DNA of 27,557 nucleotides from a virus (IMGVR_UViG_3300044513_002645:1-27557), one strand, 5' to 3'. Shown: positions 1 through 11,040, counted from the stretch's first letter. Translations and numbers: made by a program. The notes: generated from the letters alone by a model not told the origin.

Positions 1-2560
1 CAAAACTAAATCTTGTTGGACTAATTTTGAGAGTGTTTGCGTTTCCGTTGTAGAAGTAGAACGTATCGTCGTTTGCTCCTACAGTTTCTTCTGCAGTTAC
101 ATATGTATTACCATCAAGGTCTCTAATACCACCAAGTGAAGACCAAGAATTAGTTTGATCACTATATCCTTCATACTGTGTGGTTTGTGTATTATAACGA
201 ATAGCACCATTTTCTACCAATGATGATCCAGGTCTTGCTGCAGTATTTCCAGATGGAATAATTAGTGCAGTAACTGCATCAACTTTTGCTATTCTGTTTG
301 CTGCTGGAGTCAGTAATAAATCATTAGTTCCAGTAGTGAATATATTATTATTTTCAATCTTTAAAATATCAGAAGAGTTAAAGATTCCTGTAGTCTTAAA
401 TGTTCCTGATGTATTAACGTCTCCAGTATCAGCAATGATTTCAATTTTTGCTAGAGCACCTTCAGTTGGAGGAAGAATAGATAATTTTTGACCTTTGATA
501 TTTACTGGACTGGTAAGACCAGTTGATTGTAAAAGTAAATTTCCAGGTGAAGTAATGGTATCTGTATTAACTTCATCCGATGCGGTAAATTTAACTGAAA
601 AAACATCAGTTGAATTAACTGTTGTTAGATCTGCAGTTTCTGAAGTTAGAGAGATGGAATCCACATTTCCAGAACTGACATCCAAAGTAACATTGTTCGT
701 AGAAACAATACTAGTAACTGTAATCTCTAGACCAGAACCGAATACTTTGGGGTTATTTGGATCTATTGTAATTTGAGCAGTAGTTGCATCAACGCCTCCC
801 ATGTTCGCATGTTGACTGCAATAATAATAAAGTGTTGGCGTGGCTTCCGTTGGTTGGATATCAGTATAGCTATTTTCGTAAACTACTTCTTCTCCATCAT
901 ACTCAACACCCTTAATCAACACTGGTGTAGAACCAGATGCAGATGCAGGGTTATTCATTGTAATGGTATTACCATTAATTGATTCGACTACAGTTTCTGC
1001 GGAGAAATCTCCAGTATCACTAATTTCTCCACCTTCTCCCCTTTCAATGCTCATTCCAACTAAAATACCAGAAGCATCAGAAACTGTAAATGTATTGACA
1101 CCTTCAGTAACTGTTACAGTTTGTTCGTAGGTATTCCAAATTCCTCGTGGATGGATTGAAAATCTGAATGGGTGACTACCAGCAGCAGAATAATCAAATC
1201 TATATGTATTTTTAACATACAGGGATAGATTTGGATATCTAGTGGGATTGCCATCACCAGTATCAATTGTGTAACGATTTACATTTTCAGTGGTGTCTAC
1301 TTCTAGACCACCAATAGTATCACCACCAGAAATATTATCAGTTCCTCCAACAGAAAAAGTTACTAGTGTAATTTCGCCACCAGATTCAATGACTTCTTCG
1401 CAAACTGATGCAATTGTTGTTGCTGGACCACCAAAAGGATCTGGTCTACTAAAGTTGTAAGAATTGCCTGGAACAAAAGTTCCCGATGCAACTGTTGTTG
1501 TAAATGTTACTTTAATTAGACCTTCTAGATCTACAATATATTCAATAGGATTGGTTAGATCTAGATTGAAAACTGTCAATGAGTCATCAATACTATATCC
1601 TTCACCTTCTTCATTGACCGACACATTGGTTACGATACCAAGTTTATCAATAGTGAAAGCATATCCAATTCCAGATCCCCAGGGAGCATTAAAATTAAAT
1701 GTAGCAGAACCATCAGCATTTCCATTACTAGAAACAATAATAGTTGTTGCATCAAGAACCTGACTTACAGTAATGTCTCCCGTAATAGGTGGTTCTAAAC
1801 TACCAGCACCAGATACTTTTTGAACAATAAATCCTTCAAAAATTCCAGTTGTGTCAGCAACTGTTAGTTCGTTGGATTCATTAGTAACAGTTGCTGTGAC
1901 ACCAGTAACACTAGTTGGTAAAGTAAGAACATCATTTAATTGATAATTTTCATCACCATAATCAGTAATAGATGTCTCACTAAATCCCCCACTTGCTGCA
2001 TCATATTCAATAGTTACAATAACATCAGCACCACTGCCACCTTGCAATCTTACATTTGAATAATTTGCTCCACCAGTTCCTCCAGCTGAGTCTGGTGCAG
2101 TATATCCAGATCCAGATGTAGTAGATCCTGAAAATGGAGAGACAGTAATATTAAATGTTCCTGCTTGTCCTGTTCCACCTACAACACTAATGTTTTCAAA
2201 ATTACCTGGGTCGTAATCTTGACCTCCATCGGTAATTTCTAATCCTCCTGTATCAAGAACATTCTTTTGAAGAATAACATTTCTATAATACAAAGAAGAT
2301 TCATTTTGTATCTGATGAAGTTTTTTGCCGTCTGATACAAATGCTAAAGTTTTTGTCCCAGGTCTAAAGATACCAACTGAAGTGTCATTAACAAAAGCCA
2401 GAGATGGTTCAGTTCTGGTTCCGTCACCTAACCTCAAAAGTCCTGTAGATAAATCACTTCCTCCTCCACCAATAGCAAACAAGTCGCTCGCAATTTGGTT
2501 GATAGTTTGTCTTTGCTTCTCAAATGTGTCTGATTTAGCTACGTTTCTAAGAATTGCCAT
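1..2560 (-). CDS. Large virion structural / tail-fibre-like protein (partial, 3' end beyond left edge; about 853 codons visible)
   Basis: Not in the ORF track. ATG at 2560 gives MAILRNVAKSDTFEKQRQTINQIASDLFAIGGGGSDLSTGLLRLGDGTRTEPSLAF. Segments spot-translated in the same frame (1201-1141, 841-730, about 260-2) are open and give RFDYSAAGSHPFRFS, TPTLYYYCSQHANMGG and IPSGNTAARP...IRYNTQTTQYEGY...WSSLGGIRDLDGNTYVTAE, motifs typical of cyanomyophage fibre/structural proteins. Confidence 0.88.
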   Translation of the reverse strand, partial: MAILRNVAKSDTFEKQRQTINQIASDLFAIGGGGSDLSTGLLRLGDGTRTEPSLAFVNDTSVGIFRPGTKTLAFVSDGKKLHQIQNESSLYYRNVILQKNVLDTGGLEITDGGQDYDPGNFENISVVGGTGQAGTFNITVSPFSGSTTSGSGYTAPDSAGGTGGANYSNVRLQGGSGADVIVTIEYDAASGGFSETSITDYGDENYQLNDVLTLPTSVTGVTATVTNESNELTVADTTGIFEGFIVQKVSGAGSLEPPITGDITVSQVLDATTIIVSSNGNADGSATFNFNAPWGSGIGYAFTIDKLGIVTNVSVNEEGEGYSIDDSLTVFNLDLTNPIEYIVDLEGLIKVTFTTTVASGTFVPGNSYNFSRPDPFGGPATTIASVCEEVIESGGEITLVTFSVGGTDNISGGDTIGGLEVDTTENVNRYTIDTGDGNPTRYPNLSLYVKNTYRFDYSAAGSHPFRFSIHPRGIWNTYEQTVTVTEGVNTFTVSDASGILVGMSIERGEGGEISDTGDFSAETVVESINGNTITMNNPASASGSTPVLIKGVEYDGEEVVYENSYTDIQPTEATPTLYYYCSQHANMGGVDATTAQITIDPNNPKVFGSGLEITVTSIVSTNNVTLDVSSGNVDSISLTSETADLTTVNSTDVFSVKFTASDEVNTDTITSPGNLLLQSTGLTSPVNIKGQKLSILPPTEGALAKIEIIADTGDVNTSGTFKTTGIFNSSDILKIENNNIFTTGTNDLLLTPAANRIAKVDAVTALIIPSGNTAARPGSSLVENGAIRYNTQTTQYEGYSDQTNSWSSLGGIRDLDGNTYVTAEETVGANDDTFYFYNGNANTLKISPTRFSF

Positions 2561-2729
2561 TGCGTGCTATTTCTTTTAGGAGTTGTTTTATTTCAGATAT
2601 TTCTTCCTTCAAAGTATTTATGTCACTTATAGCAGTGTGTAAAACTTTAGAAGGAGGTTTTTCATTGTTAATTATTGCCCCAGTATTGGGGTCTCTATAT
2701 AAGTTTTCATGACCTTCAACTTTGATCAT
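2547..2729 (-). CDS. Small conserved phage protein with C-terminal coiled coil (60 aa)
   Basis: MIKVEGHENLYRDPNTGAIIN...DINTLKEEISEIKQLLKEI. ATGA overlap with the upstream stop (2726-2729) and 14-nt overlap with the downstream start. This type of ORF typically follows the VrlC-like gene in T4-like cyanophages. Confidence 0.85.
   Translation of the reverse strand: MIKVEGHENLYRDPNTGAIINNEKPPSKVLHTAISDINTLKEEISEIKQLLKEIARNGNS
2615..2622 (-). promoter_or_regulatory. Putative T4-type late promoter CATAAATA inside the 60-aa gene
   Basis: Plus-strand tatttatg at 2615-2622 reads NATAAATA on the minus strand, about 55 nt upstream of the fibre-gene ATG at 2560. Confidence 0.55.
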
Positions 2730-5700
2730 AGTGATGCTACTACTCTAATATCTTGAATCTTAGGAACGTATGAAGGATCATCCGATTCCATAATAATTTT
2801 GACACCAAATGAAGTAAATTCATCTAGATTATCAACTGTGTATCTAAACTCTTGATATGAAGATTGCTCTTCTTTTTGAGCAGAGATTGTGTTTTGTGGC
2901 GTAGCAAGTTTTAAGTTATCTGCATAACCATTTCCATTGAATAGCGCCCAGTCGATGTTTTCAAATGATTTTTGAACAGAAGTTGTTTTAGTTTTGTATG
3001 CAACTTTTAGATTTTTACTATCAGTTACATTAGCAGTAATAATCACATCAATTGCTGATGCTTGATTCCCCAAACTAATTTCTTTAGTAACATACTTAGC
3101 AACAGTAGAACTATTCTTAGCACCATTTTCAGGGACAAAATCGACACCATCGGAGAAAGACATCGATTTAACTTCAAAGAATTTCTCATTACCAGCAGAT
3201 AGATTTGGCCATGAAACCAAATCACCAATTCTGAAGATATCAGCAAATTGCTCAGATGCAGTTTGCTGTCTAATGAATACTCCTGACTCATTACTACTGA
3301 TGTAATCTAAATTAATTGGTTGCTTATCATTTTCAATTCTCAATGTCTGAGAGGGAACATCCCATAGAACTACAGTTCCAGAAATTAAATTGTCATAATT
3401 TTCTGTAGTATTTGATGGGTTAATCGCAGTGACTAGTTGACTGAAGTCAAAATCTGGCAACTCTCTGTTGAGACCAGCAGCACTAACTCTTGGTTGATAT
3501 GGATATGTAGTTGTCTCTTCTCCAGTCGTTGGATCAACCGATGTAACGGGACCAAAATCTGATCCTTCTTGAGATTGATTTGAGAAGAATAGATTTTCAT
3601 TAGCACGGAATAAATTGTTATTAGTGACTTTTACAAATATAGCATTGTTAATATTATCATATCTAACAATCTCACCTCTAGATCCAGAAGGATCTATTCC
3701 TAGAGATGAATTTCCAATACCTTCGATTGTTTGACCAATAAGGATTGCAACAGTAGCATCATTTTCATCAACGTTACCTTCAACAGTAAATCTGTATACG
3801 GGATAGAATTGCAATTCTTGATATCTCTTACCAAATCTGTCTTCTTTACCAGCTCCTTTTTCAATTCTGTTAGTAGATAATTTGATGGAAGATGTGTTAA
3901 GATCAACAATAGGTGAAAGATATGACTTAGTGGAAGACATTTCCAATCTATAAACAAGACTATTGCCAACTCCATTTAGTAAGGAGTTGATATCAGAAGT
4001 AACAACTTTTTGACTGATAAAGAACTGCTCTTCGTTTAAGAATGTTCTTTCAAAATTGGATACTGAATATGAAGTATAGTTCTGAGTATTAGAATCGATT
4101 GGAATAATATTGGTTGACTTGACAGAAGTATCGATATTTGTAGCTGGTGCTTGAATGTAAGCAAACTGTGCTAATAATCTTTCAAACTTTTTATTAGAAG
4201 CAATCAATGCAGAATCGCCTCCTCCAAAAATAGTATCTGCTGCTCTTCCAATGCCAGAAATATTAAAGGAGTCAATGCCAGCATTAGAAACTTTGAACAG
4301 AGTAGAGTTTAGAGTTCCTTGGGTAAATCCAGCAGTCGAATCTAGATTCTTGAAGAATACATATGATTTTTCATCTTCGAAACCATGGTTCTTATGAGAA
4401 ACTTTAATGATATTATTATTTGCTTTGAAGAGAGTGGAAGTTGCATTAGCATTTGCGAACGCATAAGTCTCTAGAGGATCTACTGCCATTCTCTCATATC
4501 CAAGTGGTTTGTTTGTAACATCAACAGTAGCAGTATTTACGATATCAAATTCTGCACGATAGAGTGTAAACTTGATATCTTCAAATAAATCTTCTACCCA
4601 AGTTCCAGTATTCTGAGACTTATAAACAGAACCTAAGGATGGATTTGTAGTAACAGTAGTATTTGTTGCAATCTCCGTTTCACCTAACTTAGATGCCCAG
4701 ATTAAATAATCTTGAGAATCTGTCTCTACAACCAAAGAATACTCTGTGTTATTCTGTAGGTAAACAGGATAATCAAATTCAAACCTCGAAGGAGTGGTCG
4801 ATGCAACAACTCCAGATGTATCAACTGCAATACCCATTCGAACTGCAGGTTCTGTAATTTCAATTTCAGTATCAATGATTGCTCCTGCATTGCCCAGTCC
4901 ACTTCCTCTAATTACAACTGAAGGTGGTTCTGTGTATCCTCTTCCAGGAAGAGTGATATTTGCATTATAAATTAGACCATCAGAAACTTGAACAGTTCCT
5001 GTTGCATTGCTGCCTCCAGGTAAACTTGGACTTTCAATAGTAATAGTTGCGGTGTCATAGTTAGCACCCGTATTAGTAATCTTGAGGGCGGAAAGAATAC
5101 CAGCATCTTTTGCCAATCGCATAGACAGCTCAGTATTGTTAGCATTGTTAAATGTCACAATAGAAGCAACTGTAATCTCTTCATCAGGAACAAACGAAAT
5201 GCCATTATTGTTTTCTAGAACAATTGTGTAAACTTGTTCATTAGTGAGAATAATTTCACCATCTTCCGAAACCGCCAATTCATTATTGTTTCTATCGAGA
5301 ACTTTTAATATAGGACCAGATGCATTTGAAGAAACACCTATAATGTTTTCGCCTTTTAGAATAGTTACAGTTCCAGAGACATATGCTTTCAAATAAGTAT
5401 ATGGTTCAAGAACAACTTCAGTTCCAGGAATAACATTCTTTCCTGGTTTTTCAGAATCTACATCTGTTAGATATACGCGAAGAGGAATGGTATCGCTCTT
5501 CTTGGCAATGAACAGATCCACTCCAGTAGTAAATACTCCACCTTCAAAGTTTTCTACTTTAAATGTTTGTGCAAGTGGATTTGGTTTTTGTTCTTGCTCT
5601 GTATTATTAGAAATTAACTGAGTGCCTTCATTTGACTTGAAGTATGCTGGTTTTGTGGAAATAATAGTTCCAGGATTTTCTGGAAGGAGACCAGTTGCAT

Positions 5701-8700
5701 AAAACTTAGTCTCAGCAAAACTTTCTACGACAGATTTATCTGCATTGACTTTACTTGAAGTAAATCTTAAAGTCTTTTCACCTGTAGTAATTCTAATCTC
5801 TTCTGCACTATCATCATAACTTACTGTTTCTACATCTCCAGTCCAGGCAGTTTTTTCTCTAGGTGGTTTGCCAGCAGGAATGAGAATTAAACCACTAGCA
5901 TTACCGTTTTCATCTGTAATGATTGGAGAATTGAAAGTTGATAGTGAATTACCTGGAACTCCTGTGAACCTAATGTCAGGAATTGCCCATCTATTGACAT
6001 TCTTACCCTCTAAGAATAAAAATACTTCTGTCTTTGGTTTTAATCTACGAACAGCAAATTTAACAGGGATACTACGAGCAAAGTATTGCAATGAATTTAC
6101 AACAGACTTTCCTCTACTTGACTTAGTAGAAACTCCTTTCGCAATTTCATTATTAAGAGGACTGATGTTCGAAGAACTTGCTACAGATGCATCAATAACT
6201 TCGGATGCAGACTCTTCGCTGTTGGTTTTTGATAAAGAATTGATATTGAAGAATGATCTCTCTGCTCCAGACCACGTAACAATGAATGAATTGTAAAGGC
6301 TTGAGAAAGCATCTGTAACATCTGCTTTTGCAAGGAATGGAACAAACAAATTGGTGTTGTTATCAGTTACGAGTGGAGCAATAGATCTATCATACCAAGA
6401 ATCTACGTTTGGACTAATGCCGAGATCACCTACGTATTGAAGAACAACAAATGGATTTGGATTAATAGTCTTGGTAGCAAAACTATTTCCTAGTAATCTG
6501 ACATCATTAAATGGTAGCGAAATAACTCCATTGTTGTTAACGTAACCATCTACTTCTCTTTGGTCGTTTCTAGTATTAACTTCTTTTACTAGAAGACTTT
6601 CTTCATTAACTTGTGGTCTAAGAACAGACTGCTGAGTATCAATTGAACAGAGATGATCAATTGATTTGACATCTCCTTTATGAGTTTCAAAGTTATCTAC
6701 ATAGAATCCTGACTTAAATCTATCAAGACCAATATCGTCAGTGATTTGCATATTGAGTGCTTGCTGCTCCAATACACTCAATGATGTATAATACTCTAGT
6801 CTTTCAACACGACGATCTAATTTACCAATGTCTTTCATAGTGTAACGCTTATTCTCAACAGGAATAATCCTTACATCTCTATAACTATCGGTATACGCAG
6901 GAACGTAGAGATAGTATAGTGGAATAGCATCACTGATTTGCTCTGGTCTTGATGGATTTAATGATGAGTTTCCTTTTTTAACAACAAAGTTTCCATCTGT
7001 GTTTAAGTAAACACCATCGATTCTATCTAAGTATTGCTCTTTATTATACTTTACGGTCCAAGGAATATTTTCATCATCCGCAGGAGTGCTTGATGCAATA
7101 CCACCAGTTCCTGTGAATGACAGATAATCATCCTGAGCAAGTAGAGACTTATCTAAGTAACCAGCAACAATATTAGAATTGTCAACCTTTGATCTAAAAT
7201 CAATGACATTTTTGAGAGATACCAAACCATTTACACTTGAATTAAATGTTGGAATTTCTTCCTCACTTACACCAGCTTCATGTAAATATGAATCAATAGT
7301 GCAGAAATCACCTTGAGAATGTTCAAAGTAGTCAAAAGCAATTACTAACTGTCCTGTAGGAGCAGTTTGACCTGGCTTCAATACAATTCTTGAGATATCA
7401 TAATGAGTATCTCTTTGACCATTATCAAACGTATATCTATTAGTTACATCAGTTCCAGAAACTAAGTTTCCTCCTGCATCAACACTTGGTGGAGAAGAAA
7501 CAGAACCTTCATAAACATATCTAAGTTTGAAAACATCTGCATATGATGAAATCTGGATACTATCACCTTCATACTCTTGTCCAGTGAAAGGAACTACATT
7601 AGTTCCACTTGCTTGAACAATAATTCTCTTATTTTTAATTGCAGTTTTAAGTCTTGGTTTTGCTTTAGAAACTTCTAGAGTTGCAGTCAGTTTGAGAGTA
7701 GGGAAATTGACAGAAGGGAGAGTAATCGCAGGATCTCCTGGTTGAGGATTTGCTACTCTATCTTCCAATGCTTCTCTAATTGCATCAATATCTCCAAAAT
7801 TATTTTCTGGGAAGTTTAGTGTAACACTGCCAGAAGTTAGTTCACTTTCAGACTGAACGATATTTACGTAAGAAGAATCGACGTATACAACATCTCCTGC
7901 TTTTAGTGGACCACCAAATAGATTCAAAGATCCATCAGTATTCAAAGCATGGTTTGCAATGCCTGGATCCAATACTGTGACTAAGAAATTCTCTTGGGAG
8001 AATTGTGAAAATCTTTGAGTTCCAAAAGGTAATTGTGCAGCGAATGTAAGATTTCCACTACCAGAAGATGCGGTAGTAATGAAATCTCTTCTGAACTTAT
8101 ATGTTAGTTTAGAATCTTCCGAAGAATCTAAAAGAGTTTTGATTTGCTTATCACCAGTTGGGAAAACCAAAGTTCCTTTTGGATTTTCAATTTTTGGTTT
8201 TTGAACAACTACACTTGCAGTAGATACATCATTCTGAAGAGATCTATCTAGATAAATTCTAGATCTCTTCACACCATCTGGTCTTGTTGCGTATTGGACA
8301 ATATACTTATAAACATTTCCAGAATTATCAGAAAATTGAATTACATCTCCCTGAACTAATTGTCTGGTTGCATCACCGCCAAAACCATTACATTCAATAA
8401 ACTTATAACCTTTAGTTCCAGAGAATGTAAAATCAGTTACAGGGGATGTGATTACATATTCAGATTTTTCTAGTTCTACATCAGCAGAAAACTTATTTCT
8501 GTTTCCTGAACCAAACTGAGAGTATACAGATTTTACATTTCTTGGAGAATATGTGTATACAGTATTTCTGAACAATACAGGAATAATTTTTGCTGTATTA
8601 ATTGGAGTTTCTGAAAGTTCTACAACAGGTGGTTGAGAATAAACAGTGCTTACTGCATTTCTATCTTTTACATATATGCGATTGATTTGACCGCCACCAC

Positions 8701-11008
8701 CAATAACAATATCAACTTGATTTCTGTTATAAACTACACCATCAATCGAAAGATCTACACCAGTTGTATAACTATCTCCTCTCTTAGGAACAACAAAATG
8801 GGAAAGTGTATTGTCGATTGCAATCCTAACAGTATCTCCAGTTTCTCCGATAATAGTTTCCCCTGGAATAAATTCTCCAGAGACCATTGTTACAAATAGT
8901 TTATTGATGGAAGAATATACAGCACTTGTTCCACCTTCGATAACTGCAACCGCTTTACTTACGGATCCATAGATGTATTTACCAGAACTCCAAGAATCTC
9001 CAATTAAAGTTTCTTCAACTAAAATTCTTGTAAAGAATTCTGGAGCAAAGTATGAAAGATCAAAGATAGAATTATACTTTTCAATTCCAGATGCTAATTT
9101 TCCTTTTGAAACAACCTTATCAACATCTGAATTGAATCCTAAACTTACATCTTTCAATGCAATATTCTTTGGTTTTGCAATACCGATAATAGGTGTAATA
9201 GTTTCATTGTAGTCTCTAACAGTGAATAGAGGGTCTACATTGTTTGCTACGTTAGTCTCACTAATAAACAACTCACGAATAAGTTGACTATCAGTTAAAT
9301 CATAGTCTGTTAGGAAAACATCAAGTTCTCCTCTATTTCCTTTTACAGTTATCTCTAGATATGGAGTTATACCAGCACCATCAATTTCTGGTCTAAAACC
9401 TTGAGAAAGAGATAGAACATCTACAGATGAATACTCATTAACAGATCCAGCATCGGATCTTGTTTTGATAAACCACAATTTTGGAATGAGATTTTCAAAA
9501 CCATCACCAAAATCGCCATAGTTAAAATCTGGATCTGAAATTTCGCAATAGATAGTTTTAATTCCATCAGTTACACTGTAACCAGATCCTCTTCTAGAAA
9601 GTGTCTGTTTTGGATCAGTTGATAGTTCAGTTCCATTTGATCCAATACTGCCATCATTAAATACCGAATTTAAATATAACGTTGGATATGCAGTCAGTTC
9701 AGATCCCTCTGCATTTAGAGGAACAGTTCCATAAACGTTGGTAATAAAGAATGAAGTTAGACCAGTAGTTTTGATAGTCTGGTTTTCTCTCTTTAAAGTA
9801 TCTCTTGCTTTGTCGATTTCTAGATACTTGGTTTCTTTATTTACAACTTCATAACCTTTGATATATGCTTTTCCAGATCCAATGCTACCGATTAGTTTTG
9901 CCTTTGCTGAATTCTCCTTTAATCCATTAACTAATCCATTAGAATCTTTACTATAGAATCCGAGATTATCATTCTGCTGATAATACTCTCTAATTTGCAG
10001 TGGGAATTGATCAACAACATAATCGCCAGACTCATCAAATGTTTTTCTAGCAAGTGCTGCTTCTACTAGTGAAAAATCATTAGCTTTGATTTGTTTCTGA
10101 ATAACTCCATTCTTAACAAGAAGTAGTTGAATGAAGTTTCTATCTGTTAGAGCAAAATAATCATATCTAACTAATTCAAGATCAATCTTTAGACGATGTG
10201 CTCCAGGTGCAGAGAAGTTAGAGAATCCTCTTGCATTATCATATAAAGATGAATCTTGCTCTGGAGTTACCAGACTTTCTGCAATTTTAAAACCAACTTT
10301 TGCAGAAGGTTTGTCATAATACTTATTAATAACCAGCAGTTGCTCGGAATTTCTTACAAAGTATCCATTAACAAAATAAATTCCTTCTTCAACTTTAACA
10401 GCTGAAGCATATCCCATAGCGGGACTATCTTCAAATGAGTCTGTATTGGTATCAGGATCCGTTACAGTGATAGTTGTAGGCAAAGAGACCCCATCAGTTC
10501 CAACAACTAACAGAGGAGAGTTGACGCCCCCTACAACCTCCAGTGTCTCACCTTGACGGAACCTTTCTTCATCACCAGATGCACCACTATCTAAGTAATT
10601 AACATAGATGGTATCAGACTCAGTATCTGAACCATACTCTGCTGCTACAACAGTAGCAACAACGCTAGAAGAAATACCAGAAACTTTAAGACCAACAAGA
10701 GTCTTAATATCATATTTTTGGTAAGTAATATTACCTTCATTATCAGAAACTGCTACCTCAGAAACAGATGATAACTTTACGTAATTAAGTCTGGTGTTGA
10801 GACCTACTTCTCCAGGCACAACAAGATCGCCTTGCTTGAAGACGTTCCTACCAAAATTTTCTAATTGGGTCTGCAGAACAGACTGGAGGGTTGTTAACTC
10901 TCTTGCCTGAACTGCATACCCTGGTCTAAATAAGACCTTATAGAAATTTTTCTGGGGATCAAAGTCTTCAAAGTAAGGCGATGCGTTTAAGTTAGTATTT
11001 TGAGGCAT
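2726..11008 (-). CDS. VrlC-like / DUF4815-family large virion structural protein (2760 aa)
   Basis: N-terminus MPQNTNLNASPYFEDFDPQKNFYKVLFRPGYAVQARELTTLQSVLQ; internal NKRYTMKDIGKLDRRVERLEYYTSLSVLE and DRFKSGFYVDNF; PLAQTF motif; C-terminus PKIQDIRVVA. It lies directly downstream of gp8. Confidence 0.88.
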   Translation of the reverse strand: MPQNTNLNASPYFEDFDPQKNFYKVLFRPGYAVQARELTTLQSVLQTQLENFGRNVFKQGDLVVPGEVGLNTRLNYVKLSSVSEVAVSDNEGNITYQKYDIKTLVGLKVSGISSSVVATVVAAEYGSDTESDTIYVNYLDSGASGDEERFRQGETLEVVGGVNSPLLVVGTDGVSLPTTITVTDPDTNTDSFEDSPAMGYASAVKVEEGIYFVNGYFVRNSEQLLVINKYYDKPSAKVGFKIAESLVTPEQDSSLYDNARGFSNFSAPGAHRLKIDLELVRYDYFALTDRNFIQLLLVKNGVIQKQIKANDFSLVEAALARKTFDESGDYVVDQFPLQIREYYQQNDNLGFYSKDSNGLVNGLKENSAKAKLIGSIGSGKAYIKGYEVVNKETKYLEIDKARDTLKRENQTIKTTGLTSFFITNVYGTVPLNAEGSELTAYPTLYLNSVFNDGSIGSNGTELSTDPKQTLSRRGSGYSVTDGIKTIYCEISDPDFNYGDFGDGFENLIPKLWFIKTRSDAGSVNEYSSVDVLSLSQGFRPEIDGAGITPYLEITVKGNRGELDVFLTDYDLTDSQLIRELFISETNVANNVDPLFTVRDYNETITPIIGIAKPKNIALKDVSLGFNSDVDKVVSKGKLASGIEKYNSIFDLSYFAPEFFTRILVEETLIGDSWSSGKYIYGSVSKAVAVIEGGTSAVYSSINKLFVTMVSGEFIPGETIIGETGDTVRIAIDNTLSHFVVPKRGDSYTTGVDLSIDGVVYNRNQVDIVIGGGGQINRIYVKDRNAVSTVYSQPPVVELSETPINTAKIIPVLFRNTVYTYSPRNVKSVYSQFGSGNRNKFSADVELEKSEYVITSPVTDFTFSGTKGYKFIECNGFGGDATRQLVQGDVIQFSDNSGNVYKYIVQYATRPDGVKRSRIYLDRSLQNDVSTASVVVQKPKIENPKGTLVFPTGDKQIKTLLDSSEDSKLTYKFRRDFITTASSGSGNLTFAAQLPFGTQRFSQFSQENFLVTVLDPGIANHALNTDGSLNLFGGPLKAGDVVYVDSSYVNIVQSESELTSGSVTLNFPENNFGDIDAIREALEDRVANPQPGDPAITLPSVNFPTLKLTATLEVSKAKPRLKTAIKNKRIIVQASGTNVVPFTGQEYEGDSIQISSYADVFKLRYVYEGSVSSPPSVDAGGNLVSGTDVTNRYTFDNGQRDTHYDISRIVLKPGQTAPTGQLVIAFDYFEHSQGDFCTIDSYLHEAGVSEEEIPTFNSSVNGLVSLKNVIDFRSKVDNSNIVAGYLDKSLLAQDDYLSFTGTGGIASSTPADDENIPWTVKYNKEQYLDRIDGVYLNTDGNFVVKKGNSSLNPSRPEQISDAIPLYYLYVPAYTDSYRDVRIIPVENKRYTMKDIGKLDRRVERLEYYTSLSVLEQQALNMQITDDIGLDRFKSGFYVDNFETHKGDVKSIDHLCSIDTQQSVLRPQVNEESLLVKEVNTRNDQREVDGYVNNNGVISLPFNDVRLLGNSFATKTINPNPFVVLQYVGDLGISPNVDSWYDRSIAPLVTDNNTNLFVPFLAKADVTDAFSSLYNSFIVTWSGAERSFFNINSLSKTNSEESASEVIDASVASSSNISPLNNEIAKGVSTKSSRGKSVVNSLQYFARSIPVKFAVRRLKPKTEVFLFLEGKNVNRWAIPDIRFTGVPGNSLSTFNSPIITDENGNASGLILIPAGKPPREKTAWTGDVETVSYDDSAEEIRITTGEKTLRFTSSKVNADKSVVESFAETKFYATGLLPENPGTIISTKPAYFKSNEGTQLISNNTEQEQKPNPLAQTFKVENFEGGVFTTGVDLFIAKKSDTIPLRVYLTDVDSEKPGKNVIPGTEVVLEPYTYLKAYVSGTVTILKGENIIGVSSNASGPILKVLDRNNNELAVSEDGEIILTNEQVYTIVLENNNGISFVPDEEITVASIVTFNNANNTELSMRLAKDAGILSALKITNTGANYDTATITIESPSLPGGSNATGTVQVSDGLIYNANITLPGRGYTEPPSVVIRGSGLGNAGAIIDTEIEITEPAVRMGIAVDTSGVVASTTPSRFEFDYPVYLQNNTEYSLVVETDSQDYLIWASKLGETEIATNTTVTTNPSLGSVYKSQNTGTWVEDLFEDIKFTLYRAEFDIVNTATVDVTNKPLGYERMAVDPLETYAFANANATSTLFKANNNIIKVSHKNHGFEDEKSYVFFKNLDSTAGFTQGTLNSTLFKVSNAGIDSFNISGIGRAADTIFGGGDSALIASNKKFERLLAQFAYIQAPATNIDTSVKSTNIIPIDSNTQNYTSYSVSNFERTFLNEEQFFISQKVVTSDINSLLNGVGNSLVYRLEMSSTKSYLSPIVDLNTSSIKLSTNRIEKGAGKEDRFGKRYQELQFYPVYRFTVEGNVDENDATVAILIGQTIEGIGNSSLGIDPSGSRGEIVRYDNINNAIFVKVTNNNLFRANENLFFSNQSQEGSDFGPVTSVDPTTGEETTTYPYQPRVSAAGLNRELPDFDFSQLVTAINPSNTTENYDNLISGTVVLWDVPSQTLRIENDKQPINLDYISSNESGVFIRQQTASEQFADIFRIGDLVSWPNLSAGNEKFFEVKSMSFSDGVDFVPENGAKNSSTVAKYVTKEISLGNQASAIDVIITANVTDSKNLKVAYKTKTTSVQKSFENIDWALFNGNGYADNLKLATPQNTISAQKEEQSSYQEFRYTVDNLDEFTSFGVKIIMESDDPSYVPKIQDIRVVASL

Positions 11009-11040
11009 TGTATATTACTAACGTTCTAATTTCCTAACGT

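Noticed and set aside
2726-11008. VrlC as a virulence factor
   Set aside because: The name comes from the Dichelobacter vrl locus; in this context the protein is best read as a virion structural protein.
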